Below, in pieces: positions 17,877-27,581 of a DNA stretch of 64,000 bases. Source of the DNA: an uncultured delta proteobacterium (GTDB lineage Bacteria; Myxococcota; UBA727; VGSZ01); contig CAVZJB010000017.1 of assembly GCA_963775425.1 (NCBI GenBank), positions 384,001-448,000 of the forward strand. The letters run 5' to 3'. Position 1 is the stretch's first letter; every line of letters begins with the position of its first letter. The notes beneath the pieces were generated by a model, which did no database searches, had not been told where the DNA came from, and saw only the letters and a list, made by a program, of their open reading frames with translations. Made by a program: the position numbers and the translations under genes.

Positions 17877-20800
17877 ATGTCCATTCGCCGCGCCGACGCA
17901 CCTGCCAACCCGCCCCGCACGAACGCCCTCGCCGAGCGCGAAGAGAATCAGGAGGCCCCGGAGTCGCCGGAGCCGAAGAGCACCGTCGCCGAGCCGCCGC
18001 CGCCGCCGCCGCGGAGCGTCGACGTCGCCTCGCGCAACCGCGTCCGCGCGGCTGCTCTCGCCAACGAAGCGCGCGTGCAGACCCAGGTGCAGGGCGAGGA
18101 GATCACGGGCAACAAAGAGCTCGATCAGCTCCTGAACCAACTCCCCCCCGACCTGCTCAGCATCGTGAAGAACCTCGCGCAGGCGCTGCGCAAGCTCGCC
18201 GACGCCATCGAGAAACAGGCGGGCGCGAAGCCGCAGGACACGGGGACGAATTCCAAGCCCCGTGGCGACGTCCGGACCCCTCAGGCCACCGCACCTCCCG
18301 CCAACAACGCCACCGCCCCCTCCGACGTCGAACAGCTCCTCGAACCCTCGCAAGACGACGCCGACCGCAGGAACGCGAACGGCGCAAACGGCGCAAACAA
18401 CGTCCGCCGCGGTCTCGCCACCAACCCCAAGGCCACGAACCTCGCCGAGACGCCCGACACCGGCGCCAACGCGAACGCCACCCTCGCGACCAACGTCAAC
18501 GCGACCAATCTCGCGACCGACGCGAACGCCCTCGCCAACGTCAACGTCAACGTCGCCAACGCGAACCGCAACGCCAACGCAAACGCGAACGCGGCGAACC
18601 TCGCGACCGACGCCGACGCCACCAACCTCGCCAACGCGAACGTCGCCAACGCGAATCGCAACGCCAACGCAAACGCCAACGCCAACGCGACGAACCTCGC
18701 GACCGACGCCGACGCCACCAACCTCGCCAACGCGAACGTCGCCAACGCGAACCGCAACGCCAAGCCCAACGCCAACGCGACGAACCTCGCGACCGACGCC
18801 GACGCCACCAACCTCGCCAACGCGAACGTCGCCAACGCAAACCGCAACGCCAACGCCAACGCCAACGCCACGAACGCCAACGTCGCAAACCGCGTTGCCA
18901 ACGACGCCAACGCCGACGTCGCCAACATCGCCAACGCAAACGCAGACGCCAACGTCGCCAACGCAAACGCCAACATCGCAAACCGCGTTGCCAACGACGT
19001 CGCCAACAACGCCAACGCCAACGCCAACGCCAACGTCGCCAACGCCAACGCCAACGCCAACGCCAACGTCGCCAGCGCCAACCGGTCGACAACCGTCACC
19101 GACACGACCGCCGCGACGCCGTACACGGTCAAGAAGGGCGACACGATGTCGGCGATCGCGCGGCGCAACAGCGTCTCGCTGAAGAACCTCATCGACGCAA
19201 ACCCGCAGACGCGCGCGAACCCGAACCGCATCCGCGTCGGGCAGACGCTCAACATCCCGAACGCGAAGAAGGCGGCGCCCACGGAGCCGAGCCCGCGACC
19301 GACCACCACGGTGCCCACGCCGACGCCGCGAACGACCACCACCGCGCCTGCGCCGACGCCGCGAACGACCACCACCGCGCCCACGCCGCGCCCGACCCCC
19401 CGCGTGACGACGCCCACCCCGCACCCGACGACGACCACAGCGCCGACGCCGACGACGCGGCCGACGACGCGGCCCGCGACGACCCTGGACCCCAAGCCGA
19501 CGACGACGACGACCCTGGACCCCAAGCCGACGAGGACGACGACCCCGGACCCCAAGCCAACCGCGACGATTACCCCGAACCCCAAGCCGACGACAACGAC
19601 GACCCCGGACCCCAAGCCGACGACGACGACGACCCCGAACCCCAAGCCGACGACGACGACGACCCCGGACCCCAAGCCGACCGCGACAATCACCCCGGAC
19701 CCCAAGCCGACCGCGACGATCACCCCGGCCCCCAAGCCGACCGCGACGACGGCCCCCGCTCCCAAGCCCACGACGACGACGACTCCGGCGCCGAAGCCCA
19801 CGACAACCCGCCCGGCTCCCAAGCCCACGACGACGACGACACCCAATCCCAAGCCGGTGGTGGCGCCGCCGCTCCCGCCGCGCAAACCCGCGCCGCCTCC
19901 GGTCATGGAGCGGCGCTTCGAGACGCAAGGGACCTTCACCGACAAGGACGCGGCCCGCACCAACCTCGCCAACCGCACCTTCGCGCAGCTCAAGACCGCC
20001 GGGCTCCTGCCGGCGGACACCAAGCTCGACACGAAGCTCCCCGCGGACGTGCAGAAGCGCGTCGACCGCGACGCCGCGTTCGACGGGACCAAGCCGAAGA
20101 CCTACGGCGACCTCATGAAGTCGCTCGTCGGCGACGGCGACAAGGACGGCAAGCTCGACTTCGACACGCTCCAACTCAACGAGGTGCTGCCGAAGGCCAC
20201 GCAGCAAGGCATCCTCAAGGCGGTCACCGCCGACACGGCGCCCGCCGACATCGAAAAGACGCTCAAGGCGTCCGGAGCCGACGCCACCGCGGCGGCGGCG
20301 GCGGCCAACGACAAGAAGCTCAAGCTCGACGCCCCCGAGGGGTTCGGGCTCAAGGGCGAAAACAAGATCGACGAGGTTCAGCAGCAGACCCTGCTGCGCA
20401 CGGGCGTCATCTTCGCGGACAGCAACAAGAACGGGAAGCTCGACCCCACCGACAAGGTCAGCTTCCTCGACAAGGACGGCAGCGTTCGGGAGTCGACGTT
20501 CGGCGCGCTCTCACCGCAGCTCCAAAAGACCGTCAAGCTCAACGCCGCCACCGCCGAGGCCGCGCGCACCTACAACGACCGGCCCGTCGATTGGATGCGC
20601 AACCCCGACGGCAGCATCGCGACGGACGCCGACGGGAACAAGATGATCACCAACCGGGTGAAGTTCCCGCACTACAACCGCAAGACCGGCGAGAACGAAA
20701 AGGAAGCGGTCAACACGGACTTCTGGACCATCGACAGCGCCAACGTGCGCGGGCGCAACCAGACGTCGTGGAAGCTCAACGACGGCAAGACGCCGGCGGA

Positions 20801-22229
20801 GGCCGTCGACGACGTCCTCAGCGGCGCCGACAGCCCGAAGTACACCACCGAGTGCGCGCAGATGCGCGACGTCATGCGGCTCAAGGGCCTGCGCGACTAC
20901 TACACGAACGAGTACGGCAAGGACGAGGGATCCTTCCGCTTCAACGCGGAGTTCCCCAAGGACGCCGGTGAGCAGAAGAAGGCGCAGGGCTACCTCACGC
21001 GGCTCGACGCCTTCAAGAAGGCGAACCCCGGCAAAGGCTGGGACGACTTCCAAAAGCAGGAAGCGGCGCCCGCCGTGAAGTACGCGATGCAGATCAGCCG
21101 CCACGACGTGCTCAGCGGCACCGGCTCCGTCATCGCGCCGTGGCAGACCAGCTACAACGCCGGCGAGAGCGCCGCCGGCGACGCCGGCTACTTCCACAAC
21201 TACGGCGTGAGCGTCGAAGGCGTCCGCATCGGCTACGGCGGCGAGAACGTGCTCGACGTCGGCTTCGCCAAGAACCCGAAGACGGGCGAGATCGAGCGCC
21301 AGTTCTGGGGTCACCCCGGCGGCATCAAGGGCGAGAAGGCCTGGCAGGAGGAGCTCGGGACCGACGCGATCATGGCCAAGTCGGGCACCGACTTCCAGGA
21401 GTACTTCTCGGCGGAGGACGTGCAGCGCAAGATCGGCCAGGTCGTCGACAAGCAGACCAAGCGCATCGATGACCTCATCGCCAAGAAGCCCACCGCCGAC
21501 CAGCGCGAGAAGCTCGAGATCGATCGGGCGTTCCTGCAGAGCAGCGGGGACGCGCTCAGCGCGGTGACGTCACACATCGACGACAGCAAGCTCGATGCGG
21601 CCAAGGCGCTCTTGAAGGACGGCAAGGCCGACAAGCCGTCGGACATGAAGCCGCTCGCCAACAGCCTCGACGCGGACGGGAAGAAGCTGGCGGTCGCCGC
21701 CTTCGGCAAGCTGCCGGCGCAGGCCCAGGACGCGTTGGCGAAGATGATCGGCAAGGACAAAGCCAAGCTCAGCGACGACGAAAAGGCGCAGGCCGCGCTC
21801 TATGCGACGATGACCGACGGCGGCCACCTCACGCCTTCCAGCGAGAGCCTGCTGGCGACGTCCGTCGTCAACACCGGCGCGGCGTCGTACCTGAAGGCGG
21901 CCAACGCCAAGACCGCGGCGCCCGCGGGGCCGCTGCACTCGCGCGACGACTTCAACAAGTGGCTCGGCACGCCCGCCTTCGCGAAGTGGTACGAGCAGAA
22001 GACCGGGCAGAAGTGGACCGGCGGCAAGTCCGTCGACGACCTCAGCCACGACGAGGTGCAGAAGATCGTCGAGCTCGCGCTCCCGCAGACCAAGAACATG
22101 CGCACGGCGTACGTGAGGCTGAACGGCGGCACGCCGCAGTACGTCTCGTCGCAGCTCGCGACGCTCTTGAAGGACGGCAAGCTCGCCGCCGCCGAGTATT
22201 CGTCGGAGGGCACGTCAATTCCGCTGTGA
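17877..22229 (+). CDS. Giant LysM protein with low-complexity repeats and Tgl-like protein-glutamine gamma-glutamyltransferase domain
   Basis: GGGGAG RBS; LysM at ~19122-19260 (YTVKKGDTMSAIA...NPNRIRVGQTLNIP); NTDFW, YTTECA, RFNAEF, GDAGYFHN, GENV, FWGH in the Bacillus Tgl order. Confidence 0.85.
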   Translation: MSIRRADAPANPPRTNALAEREENQEAPESPEPKSTVAEPPPPPPRSVDVASRNRVRAAALANEARVQTQVQGEEITGNKELDQLLNQLPPDLLSIVKNLAQALRKLADAIEKQAGAKPQDTGTNSKPRGDVRTPQATAPPANNATAPSDVEQLLEPSQDDADRRNANGANGANNVRRGLATNPKATNLAETPDTGANANATLATNVNATNLATDANALANVNVNVANANRNANANANAANLATDADATNLANANVANANRNANANANANATNLATDADATNLANANVANANRNAKPNANATNLATDADATNLANANVANANRNANANANATNANVANRVANDANADVANIANANADANVANANANIANRVANDVANNANANANANVANANANANANVASANRSTTVTDTTAATPYTVKKGDTMSAIARRNSVSLKNLIDANPQTRANPNRIRVGQTLNIPNAKKAAPTEPSPRPTTTVPTPTPRTTTTAPAPTPRTTTTAPTPRPTPRVTTPTPHPTTTTAPTPTTRPTTRPATTLDPKPTTTTTLDPKPTRTTTPDPKPTATITPNPKPTTTTTPDPKPTTTTTPNPKPTTTTTPDPKPTATITPDPKPTATITPAPKPTATTAPAPKPTTTTTPAPKPTTTRPAPKPTTTTTPNPKPVVAPPLPPRKPAPPPVMERRFETQGTFTDKDAARTNLANRTFAQLKTAGLLPADTKLDTKLPADVQKRVDRDAAFDGTKPKTYGDLMKSLVGDGDKDGKLDFDTLQLNEVLPKATQQGILKAVTADTAPADIEKTLKASGADATAAAAAANDKKLKLDAPEGFGLKGENKIDEVQQQTLLRTGVIFADSNKNGKLDPTDKVSFLDKDGSVRESTFGALSPQLQKTVKLNAATAEAARTYNDRPVDWMRNPDGSIATDADGNKMITNRVKFPHYNRKTGENEKEAVNTDFWTIDSANVRGRNQTSWKLNDGKTPAEAVDDVLSGADSPKYTTECAQMRDVMRLKGLRDYYTNEYGKDEGSFRFNAEFPKDAGEQKKAQGYLTRLDAFKKANPGKGWDDFQKQEAAPAVKYAMQISRHDVLSGTGSVIAPWQTSYNAGESAAGDAGYFHNYGVSVEGVRIGYGGENVLDVGFAKNPKTGEIERQFWGHPGGIKGEKAWQEELGTDAIMAKSGTDFQEYFSAEDVQRKIGQVVDKQTKRIDDLIAKKPTADQREKLEIDRAFLQSSGDALSAVTSHIDDSKLDAAKALLKDGKADKPSDMKPLANSLDADGKKLAVAAFGKLPAQAQDALAKMIGKDKAKLSDDEKAQAALYATMTDGGHLTPSSESLLATSVVNTGAASYLKAANAKTAAPAGPLHSRDDFNKWLGTPAFAKWYEQKTGQKWTGGKSVDDLSHDEVQKIVELALPQTKNMRTAYVRLNGGTPQYVSSQLATLLKDGKLAAAEYSSEGTSIPL
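18370..19085 (+). repeat. Asn/Ala-rich coding repeat with higher-order ~28-30-aa units
   Basis: gccaac/gcgaac hexamers; unit (T/A)NLATDADATNLANANVANANRN occurs three times plus degenerate copies. Confidence 0.9.
19280..19900 (+). repeat. Thr/Pro/Lys-rich coding repeat (mostly 30-bp units, TTTTTPDPKP)
   Basis: About 13 PKP-containing units downstream of LysM. Confidence 0.9.
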
Positions 22230-22239
22230 TGGGACCCGC

Positions 22240-23070
22240 ATGAGGTACGTTGTCGCCGCGCTCCTGCTCGCGGGGGGCGCCGCGAGGGTGCAGATGAGCG
22301 ACTTGAAGTACGACGTCGTCCTCCTCGGCGATCCCGTCGCCGCGCGCGACGACAAGCTGCGCGCCGTCGACGAGCTCACCGCCGCCGAGCTGCGGGCGGC
22401 GCCGCTCCTCGTCGAGCGCCTTCAGGACACGAGCGACGCAGTGTTCCTCGACGACTATCGCGTGGACACGGGCCCGCTGAACCCGGGCCCGCCGCTGTCC
22501 ACCACCACCACGGCTCGCTTCATGTGCGAGCTCATCCTGTACCGCATCATCGCTCCCGAGCCGAAGGAGACGTCGTTGGCGCTCGGCGCGCGCGCGAGCA
22601 AGACGGGGCTCGACGCCGTGCGCCCTGCGGGCGGGCTCGACTTCGAGGTTCCGCGCGCGCCCGTGGCCTGGGTGCGCGACTGGAGCGCGTACTGGGCCGC
22701 GCACAAAGGCGAGAGCCTCGACGTGATCCGGCGCGAGAGCGCCGCCGCCATCGACCGCCTCTGGCGCGAGGCCGCCCTCGCCACCACCGCGGCGCCTACG
22801 CCCGGGGCCGGGCCCGCGCCGCACCTGCCGTCTGCGACGACGGGCACGGCGGCAGCGCTCGCGTCGTCGACGGCGGGCATGCTGCTCGACGCGTGGCAGG
22901 ACCCGGCCCTCACGCCCGCACGCGAGGCCTACGTGAAGGCGCGCGCGATCTTTCGCGAGGCCGAGGGGGACGTCGGCAAGCGCAAGGCCGCGCGCAAGCA
23001 GCTCGAGGACATGGCCCACAAGGAGCCGCGGTTGCGCGTCCACGTCGAGCGCTGGCTCGCGAAGATTTGA
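22240..23070 (+). CDS. Hypothetical exported helical protein, probably co-transcribed with the Tgl-like gene
   Basis: 10 nt after the upstream stop; short hydrophobic N-terminus MRYVVAALLLAGG. Confidence 0.75.
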   Translation: MRYVVAALLLAGGAARVQMSDLKYDVVLLGDPVAARDDKLRAVDELTAAELRAAPLLVERLQDTSDAVFLDDYRVDTGPLNPGPPLSTTTTARFMCELILYRIIAPEPKETSLALGARASKTGLDAVRPAGGLDFEVPRAPVAWVRDWSAYWAAHKGESLDVIRRESAAAIDRLWREAALATTAAPTPGAGPAPHLPSATTGTAAALASSTAGMLLDAWQDPALTPAREAYVKARAIFREAEGDVGKRKAARKQLEDMAHKEPRLRVHVERWLAKI

Positions 23071-23470
23071 CGAGGCGGGGGACGAGCCCCCGCCCTACGA
23101 ACAAGGCGGGGGACGAGCCCCCGCGTACGGACAAGGCGGGCGACGAGCCCCCGCCGTACGGACAAGGCGGGGGACGAGCCCCCGCCGTACGGACAAGGCG
23201 GGCGACGAGCCCCCGCCGTACGGACAAGGCGGGCGACGAGCCCCCGCCGTACGGACAAGGCGGGCGACGAGCCCCCGCCGTACGGACGAGGCGGGGGACG
23301 AGCCCCCGCCGTACGGACGAGGCGGGGGACGAGCCCCCGCCGTACGGACAAGGCGGGCGACGAGCCCCCGCCGTACGGACCGCGCGGGGGACGAGCCCCC
23401 GCCGTACGGACCGCGCGGGCGACGAGCCCCCGCCGTACGGACCGCGCGGGGGACGAGCCCCCGCCCTACG
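23069..23470. repeat. Tandem array of 13 x ~31-bp palindromic (REP-like) units
   Basis: Unit GACAAGGCGGG(G/C)GACGAGCCCCCGCCGTACG with stem GGCGGGGG/CCCCCGCC and loop ACGAG; fills the gap between convergent genes. Confidence 0.92.
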
Positions 23471-23476
23471 AACCGG

Positions 23477-24199
23477 TCAGCCCAGGTTGTGGAAAACCTG
23501 CTGGACGTCGTCGTCCTGCTCGAGGGCGTCGACGAGCTTGAGGACCTCGGTGGCCTGGTCCTCGGGCAGCGTCATGATGTTCTGCGGGATGAACTCGCTG
23601 TCGGCGGCGAGGGGGTGCAGGCCGCGCTCCTCGAGCGCGTGCTGCATCTGTCCGAAGCTCTGCATGACGCAGCGGACGACGATCTGCTTTTCGCCCTTCT
23701 CGCCCGTGCTCTCGCCCATCTCCTCGAGGCCGTGATCGATGAGGTCGAGCTCGAGCGCGTCGAGGTCGAGACCGTCGGGGGCGAGGCGGAACACGCCCAT
23801 GCGCGTGAAGGCGAAGGCGACGCTGCCGCTGTTGCCGAGGTTGCCGCCGTTCTTGTTGAAGGCGGTGCGGACGTTGGCGACGGTGCGGGTGGGGTTGTCG
23901 GTGGCGGCGACGGCGAGGACGGCGATGCCGTGGGGCGCGTAGCCCTCGTAGATGACCTCCTCATACGACGCCGCGTCCTTGCCCGAAGCACGCTTGATGG
24001 CCGCCTCGATCTTGTCCTTCGGCATGTTCACGGCGCGCGCGTTCTGGATACAGCGGCGCAGCGCCGCGTTGCCGTCGGGGTTGGGCCCGCCGGATTTCAC
24101 CGCCATCACGATGTCCTTGCTGATGCGCGTGAACTGCTTGGACATCTTGTTCCAGCGCGCGAACATCGTGGCTTTGCGTGTCTCGAAGATCCTTCCCAT
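23477..24199 (-). CDS. yebC: YebC/PmpR family protein
   Basis: MGRIFE start, [39 protein letters not shown]. Confidence 0.95.
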   Translation of the reverse strand: MGRIFETRKATMFARWNKMSKQFTRISKDIVMAVKSGGPNPDGNAALRRCIQNARAVNMPKDKIEAAIKRASGKDAASYEEVIYEGYAPHGIAVLAVAATDNPTRTVANVRTAFNKNGGNLGNSGSVAFAFTRMGVFRLAPDGLDLDALELDLIDHGLEEMGESTGEKGEKQIVVRCVMQSFGQMQHALEERGLHPLAADSEFIPQNIMTLPEDQATEVLKLVDALEQDDDVQQVFHNLG

Positions 24200-24262
24200 G
24201 CGCGTGATCCTACCGTCTCTCCGCCCACGTGACGAGGCTGTCGATGCGCGGGTGCGGCCGTC

Positions 24263-25039
24263 GTGAGCCTCGCGCGCGTCACCGTCGTGCTCGTCCGCAC
24301 CGAGGGCCCGCTGAACCTCGGCAGCGTCGCCCGCCTGTGCGGAAATTTCGGCTGCGGGCTGCGGCTCGTCGACGTGCGGGCCGACGCCGCCGCCCGCGAG
24401 GCCGTGATGATGGCCCACCCCTCCGGGCGGCTCCTCGACGAGGCGCCCCGCTTCGCCACGCTGCGCGAGGCGCTCGCGGACATCGAGCTCGCCGTGGGCA
24501 CGTCGACGAAGATCGTCGCCGCGCGAGACCGGCCGCCGCTCGACGTCAACCGCGCGCGCGCGCTGTTGCCGGCGGGCGCCGGCGGCACGGCGTTCGTGTT
24601 CGGAAACGAACGAACGGGGCTGCTCGCCGACGAGGCCGCCCTGTGCCACCGCGTGGTGCGCCTCGACACCCCCGGGCCGCACCCGAGCCTCAACCTCAGC
24701 CACGCCGTCGCCGCGGTGCTCACCGTCCTCGCGCTCGCCGCCGCCGAAGGCGCGCTCGGACGCTTGACGCCGGAGGACCGGAGCGCGGAGCGCTCGCCGC
24801 CGTCCGTCGAGGGCGCCGCGCGCGGCGACGGGGCCCCGACAGCGGGCACGGCGGCCAGGGAGCGCCTCGTCGGCGACTGGCTCGCGGCGCTCGAGGACGC
24901 CGGCTACTTCAAGACGGCGACGGCCGCGACGTTCGCGCCGCGGCTGCGCGCGCTCGTCGACGACATGGCGCTCGTCGAGCCGGACGTCGAGCTCCTGCGC
25001 GGCATGCTGCGCGTGCTCGCGGAGCGCCGCGGTGCCTGA
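24263..25039 (+). CDS. TrmJ/LasT-family SPOUT RNA methyltransferase
   Basis: [24 protein letters not shown]. Confidence 0.85.
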   Translation: MSLARVTVVLVRTEGPLNLGSVARLCGNFGCGLRLVDVRADAAAREAVMMAHPSGRLLDEAPRFATLREALADIELAVGTSTKIVAARDRPPLDVNRARALLPAGAGGTAFVFGNERTGLLADEAALCHRVVRLDTPGPHPSLNLSHAVAAVLTVLALAAAEGALGRLTPEDRSAERSPPSVEGAARGDGAPTAGTAARERLVGDWLAALEDAGYFKTATAATFAPRLRALVDDMALVEPDVELLRGMLRVLAERRGA

Positions 25040-26561
25040 CGCCGACATCGTCCTGTGCACCATGAACGCGCGCTGGTCGCACGCGTCGTTCGGGCTGCGC
25101 TGCCTCAAGGCGAGCCTCGGCGCCCTCGAGGCGCGCTGCGCCCTCGTCGAAAAGACCCTCGAGGACCGCCCCGCCGACGTCGTCGAAGCGGTCCTCTCCC
25201 TGCGGCCGCGCCTGGTCGGGCTCGGGGTGTACGTGTGGAACGCCGGCCCGATGCTCGAGGTGGTGCGCACGCTGAAGCGGCTGCGGCCCGAGCTGCTCGT
25301 CGTCGTCGGCGGCCCCGAGGTCAGCCACGAGATCGAGCGTCAGGAGATCTGCGCGCTCGCCGACGTCGTCGTCGCCGGCGAGGGAGAGGACGCGTTCCGC
25401 GACCTGTGCGCGGCCGCCCTCGACGCGCCTGCGCAGCACCGGCGCGGGTTGCCCGTGCTCGCCGGGCGCGACGCCGGCGCCGCAGGGGTCTGCGTCGTCG
25501 ACGGCGGGCGCCCCAATCTCGCGCGCGTGCGCATGCCCTATGCGCTCTACGACGACGGCGACGTCCGCGACCGCACCGTCTACGTCGAGGCCTCCCGCGG
25601 CTGCCCCTTCACCTGCTCGTTCTGCTTGAGCGCCCTCGACGGCGGGGTGCGGGTGTTCCCCCTCGACGCGTTCCTCGACGAGATGCAGCGGCTCCTCGAC
25701 CGCGGGCTGTCGCGCTTCAAGTTCGTCGACCGCACCTTCAACCTCAAGATCGACGACGCCACCCGCATCCTCGACTTCTTCCTCGAACGAATGCGCCCTG
25801 GTCTGTTCCTGCACTTCGAGATGATCCCCGACCGCCTCCCGGAGAAGCTGCGGGAGCGCCTCGCGCGCTTCCCGCGGGCGAGCGTTCAGCTCGAGGTCGG
25901 CGTCCAGACCTTCGACGAGGAGACGGCGGCGCTCATCCGCCGCCGGCAGGACCCCGCGCGCATCGAGGAGAACCTGCGCTTCCTCGCCGGCCACACCGGC
26001 GTCCACGTGCACGCCGACCTCATCGCGGGCCTCCCCGGCGAGGATCTCGCCCGGTTCGGCCGCTCCTTCGACCGGCTCTTCGCCCTCGAGACCGCCGAGA
26101 TCCAGGTCGGCATCCTCAAGCGCCTGCGCGGGGCGCCGCTCGCCCGCGACGCCGAGGAGCACCCCGCCTGGGGCCTCGTCTTCGATGAGCGCGCTCCCTA
26201 CGCGCTGCTGCAGAGCCGCGCGCTCCCCTTCGAGGACGTGCAGCGCGTCTCCCGCTTCGCCCGCGCGCTCGACCTCGTGCACAACAGCGGGCGCTTTCCG
26301 CTCACCGCGCGCATGCTCTTTGCGGGCGGCGCGCCGTTCGCCTCCTTCCTCGCGTTCTCCGAGTGGCTGTTCGCGGAGACCGGCGCACGGCACGGTATCG
26401 CGCTCGCGCGGCTCGCCGGTCTGGTGGCGCGCTTCCTCGTCGAGGAGCGCGGCCTCGCCGCCGCCGACGTCGCCGCGGCGCTCGAAGCCGACCTCGGCCG
26501 CGATCGCATGCCCGTCCTCCCGGGCCGACTGCCCAAGCGGCAGGCGCGCTCCCTGCGCTGA
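25032..26561 (+). CDS. B12-binding radical SAM protein
   Basis: N-terminal cobalamin-binding domain (VYVWN, GGPEVS, GEGE), [19 protein letters not shown]. Confidence 0.9.
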   Translation: MPDADIVLCTMNARWSHASFGLRCLKASLGALEARCALVEKTLEDRPADVVEAVLSLRPRLVGLGVYVWNAGPMLEVVRTLKRLRPELLVVVGGPEVSHEIERQEICALADVVVAGEGEDAFRDLCAAALDAPAQHRRGLPVLAGRDAGAAGVCVVDGGRPNLARVRMPYALYDDGDVRDRTVYVEASRGCPFTCSFCLSALDGGVRVFPLDAFLDEMQRLLDRGLSRFKFVDRTFNLKIDDATRILDFFLERMRPGLFLHFEMIPDRLPEKLRERLARFPRASVQLEVGVQTFDEETAALIRRRQDPARIEENLRFLAGHTGVHVHADLIAGLPGEDLARFGRSFDRLFALETAEIQVGILKRLRGAPLARDAEEHPAWGLVFDERAPYALLQSRALPFEDVQRVSRFARALDLVHNSGRFPLTARMLFAGGAPFASFLAFSEWLFAETGARHGIALARLAGLVARFLVEERGLAAADVAAALEADLGRDRMPVLPGRLPKRQARSLR

Positions 26562-26626
26562 CGCCTTGCCGCTGCGCGGGCAGGACGGTTCATTGTGAAA
26601 GGGGCGCGGGAGGCGCTGTGAGCGTG

Positions 26627-27493
26627 ATGATGCAGACGTCGGTGGCGTGCACCCTCTATGTCGGCGCCCCATCGGAGGCGGTGTGGGCCGCGCTCTTCAA
26701 TCCCGCGCTCACGCGGCAGTTCTGGGGCCAACACCAAAACGCCTCCACCTGGGTGGAGGGCGATCAATGGGAGCACCGCGAGGCGGGCAGCGGGCGCGTC
26801 GACGCGGCCGGCGAAGTCGTCGTCGTCGACGCCGAGGAGCCCGAGCGGCGGCTGGTGCTCACCTGGATGACGTCGGAGGTGCCGCTGGCGCGGCCCACCA
26901 CCGTCACCTTCGTCGTCGAGCCCTTCATGGACGCGACCAAGCTCTCGGTGCTCCACGAGCGGCTCGATCCCGGGTGCACGCTCGAGAGGGCGATGCGCGA
27001 CGGCTGGCCGCTCGTGTTGTCGAGCCTCAAGACGCTCCTCGAGACCGGCAGGCCCCTGCCCGCGACGACGCGGCCGTGGGGCCCGCTCCCGCCTCGCGCG
27101 CCCGGCGACGCCAACGCCGCGCGCACGCCCGGGGTGAGCGCCGTCTGCTACATCGCGTCGACGCCCGACGACGCGTGGAACGCGCTGTTCGACGCCCAGG
27201 CTGTGCTGCCCGTGGGCGGCGCCCCCGCCGACGCCGGCGACATCGACGAGATGGATCCACCGGCGCGCCTGGTGCTCACGCAGCCCGCGCCCGCGGGCAT
27301 GCCCGCGCCGCGGCTGACGTTCCTCGTCGAGCCCGTGGCGGGCATGGTGCGCCTCACCGTCATCCACGAGGGGCTGCAGCCGGGCTCGCCGGCGGAACAG
27401 GAAGCGAACGACGAGTGGCCGCGGGTGTTGTCGAACCTCAAGTCGCTCCTCGAGAGCCGCGCCCCCGCGAGCGCCGCCACCGCGCCCGGATGA
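26627..27493 (+). CDS. Tandem SRPBCC/AHSA1 domain protein
   Basis: Two repeats ending GWPLVLSSLKTLLE and EWPRVLSNLKSLLE; the second is shorter. Confidence 0.85.
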   Translation: MMQTSVACTLYVGAPSEAVWAALFNPALTRQFWGQHQNASTWVEGDQWEHREAGSGRVDAAGEVVVVDAEEPERRLVLTWMTSEVPLARPTTVTFVVEPFMDATKLSVLHERLDPGCTLERAMRDGWPLVLSSLKTLLETGRPLPATTRPWGPLPPRAPGDANAARTPGVSAVCYIASTPDDAWNALFDAQAVLPVGGAPADAGDIDEMDPPARLVLTQPAPAGMPAPRLTFLVEPVAGMVRLTVIHEGLQPGSPAEQEANDEWPRVLSNLKSLLESRAPASAATAPG

Positions 27494-27581
27494 CGTTGCG
27501 ACCCGACGGTGCGGCCGCGGGTGAAATCGCGCTCCGCCGCCGGCGCCGCCGACGTTCAACGCCCGCGAACCGCGATATAGG

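Noticed and set aside
18281-20092. Hydrophobic (LA)n/(VVVG)n ORF and the (RW)n ORF at 18547-19092 on the minus strand
   Set aside because: Reverse-complement readings of the AN and TP repeats of the LysM-Tgl gene.
23069-23470. CRISPR array
   Set aside because: Units are contiguous with no unique spacers, and there are no cas genes in the window.
23477-25270. N-terminally extended YebC, and similar extensions of moaA, OmpA-like, ABC ATPase, ElbD-like, REC and membrane-protein ORFs
   Set aside because: Extensions overlap neighbouring genes; internal starts match family N-termini and stop/start overlaps.
25032-26561. B12 radical SAM as a RiPP maturase
   Set aside because: Coupled to a TrmJ-like gene; no precursor peptide, transporter or protease adjacent.
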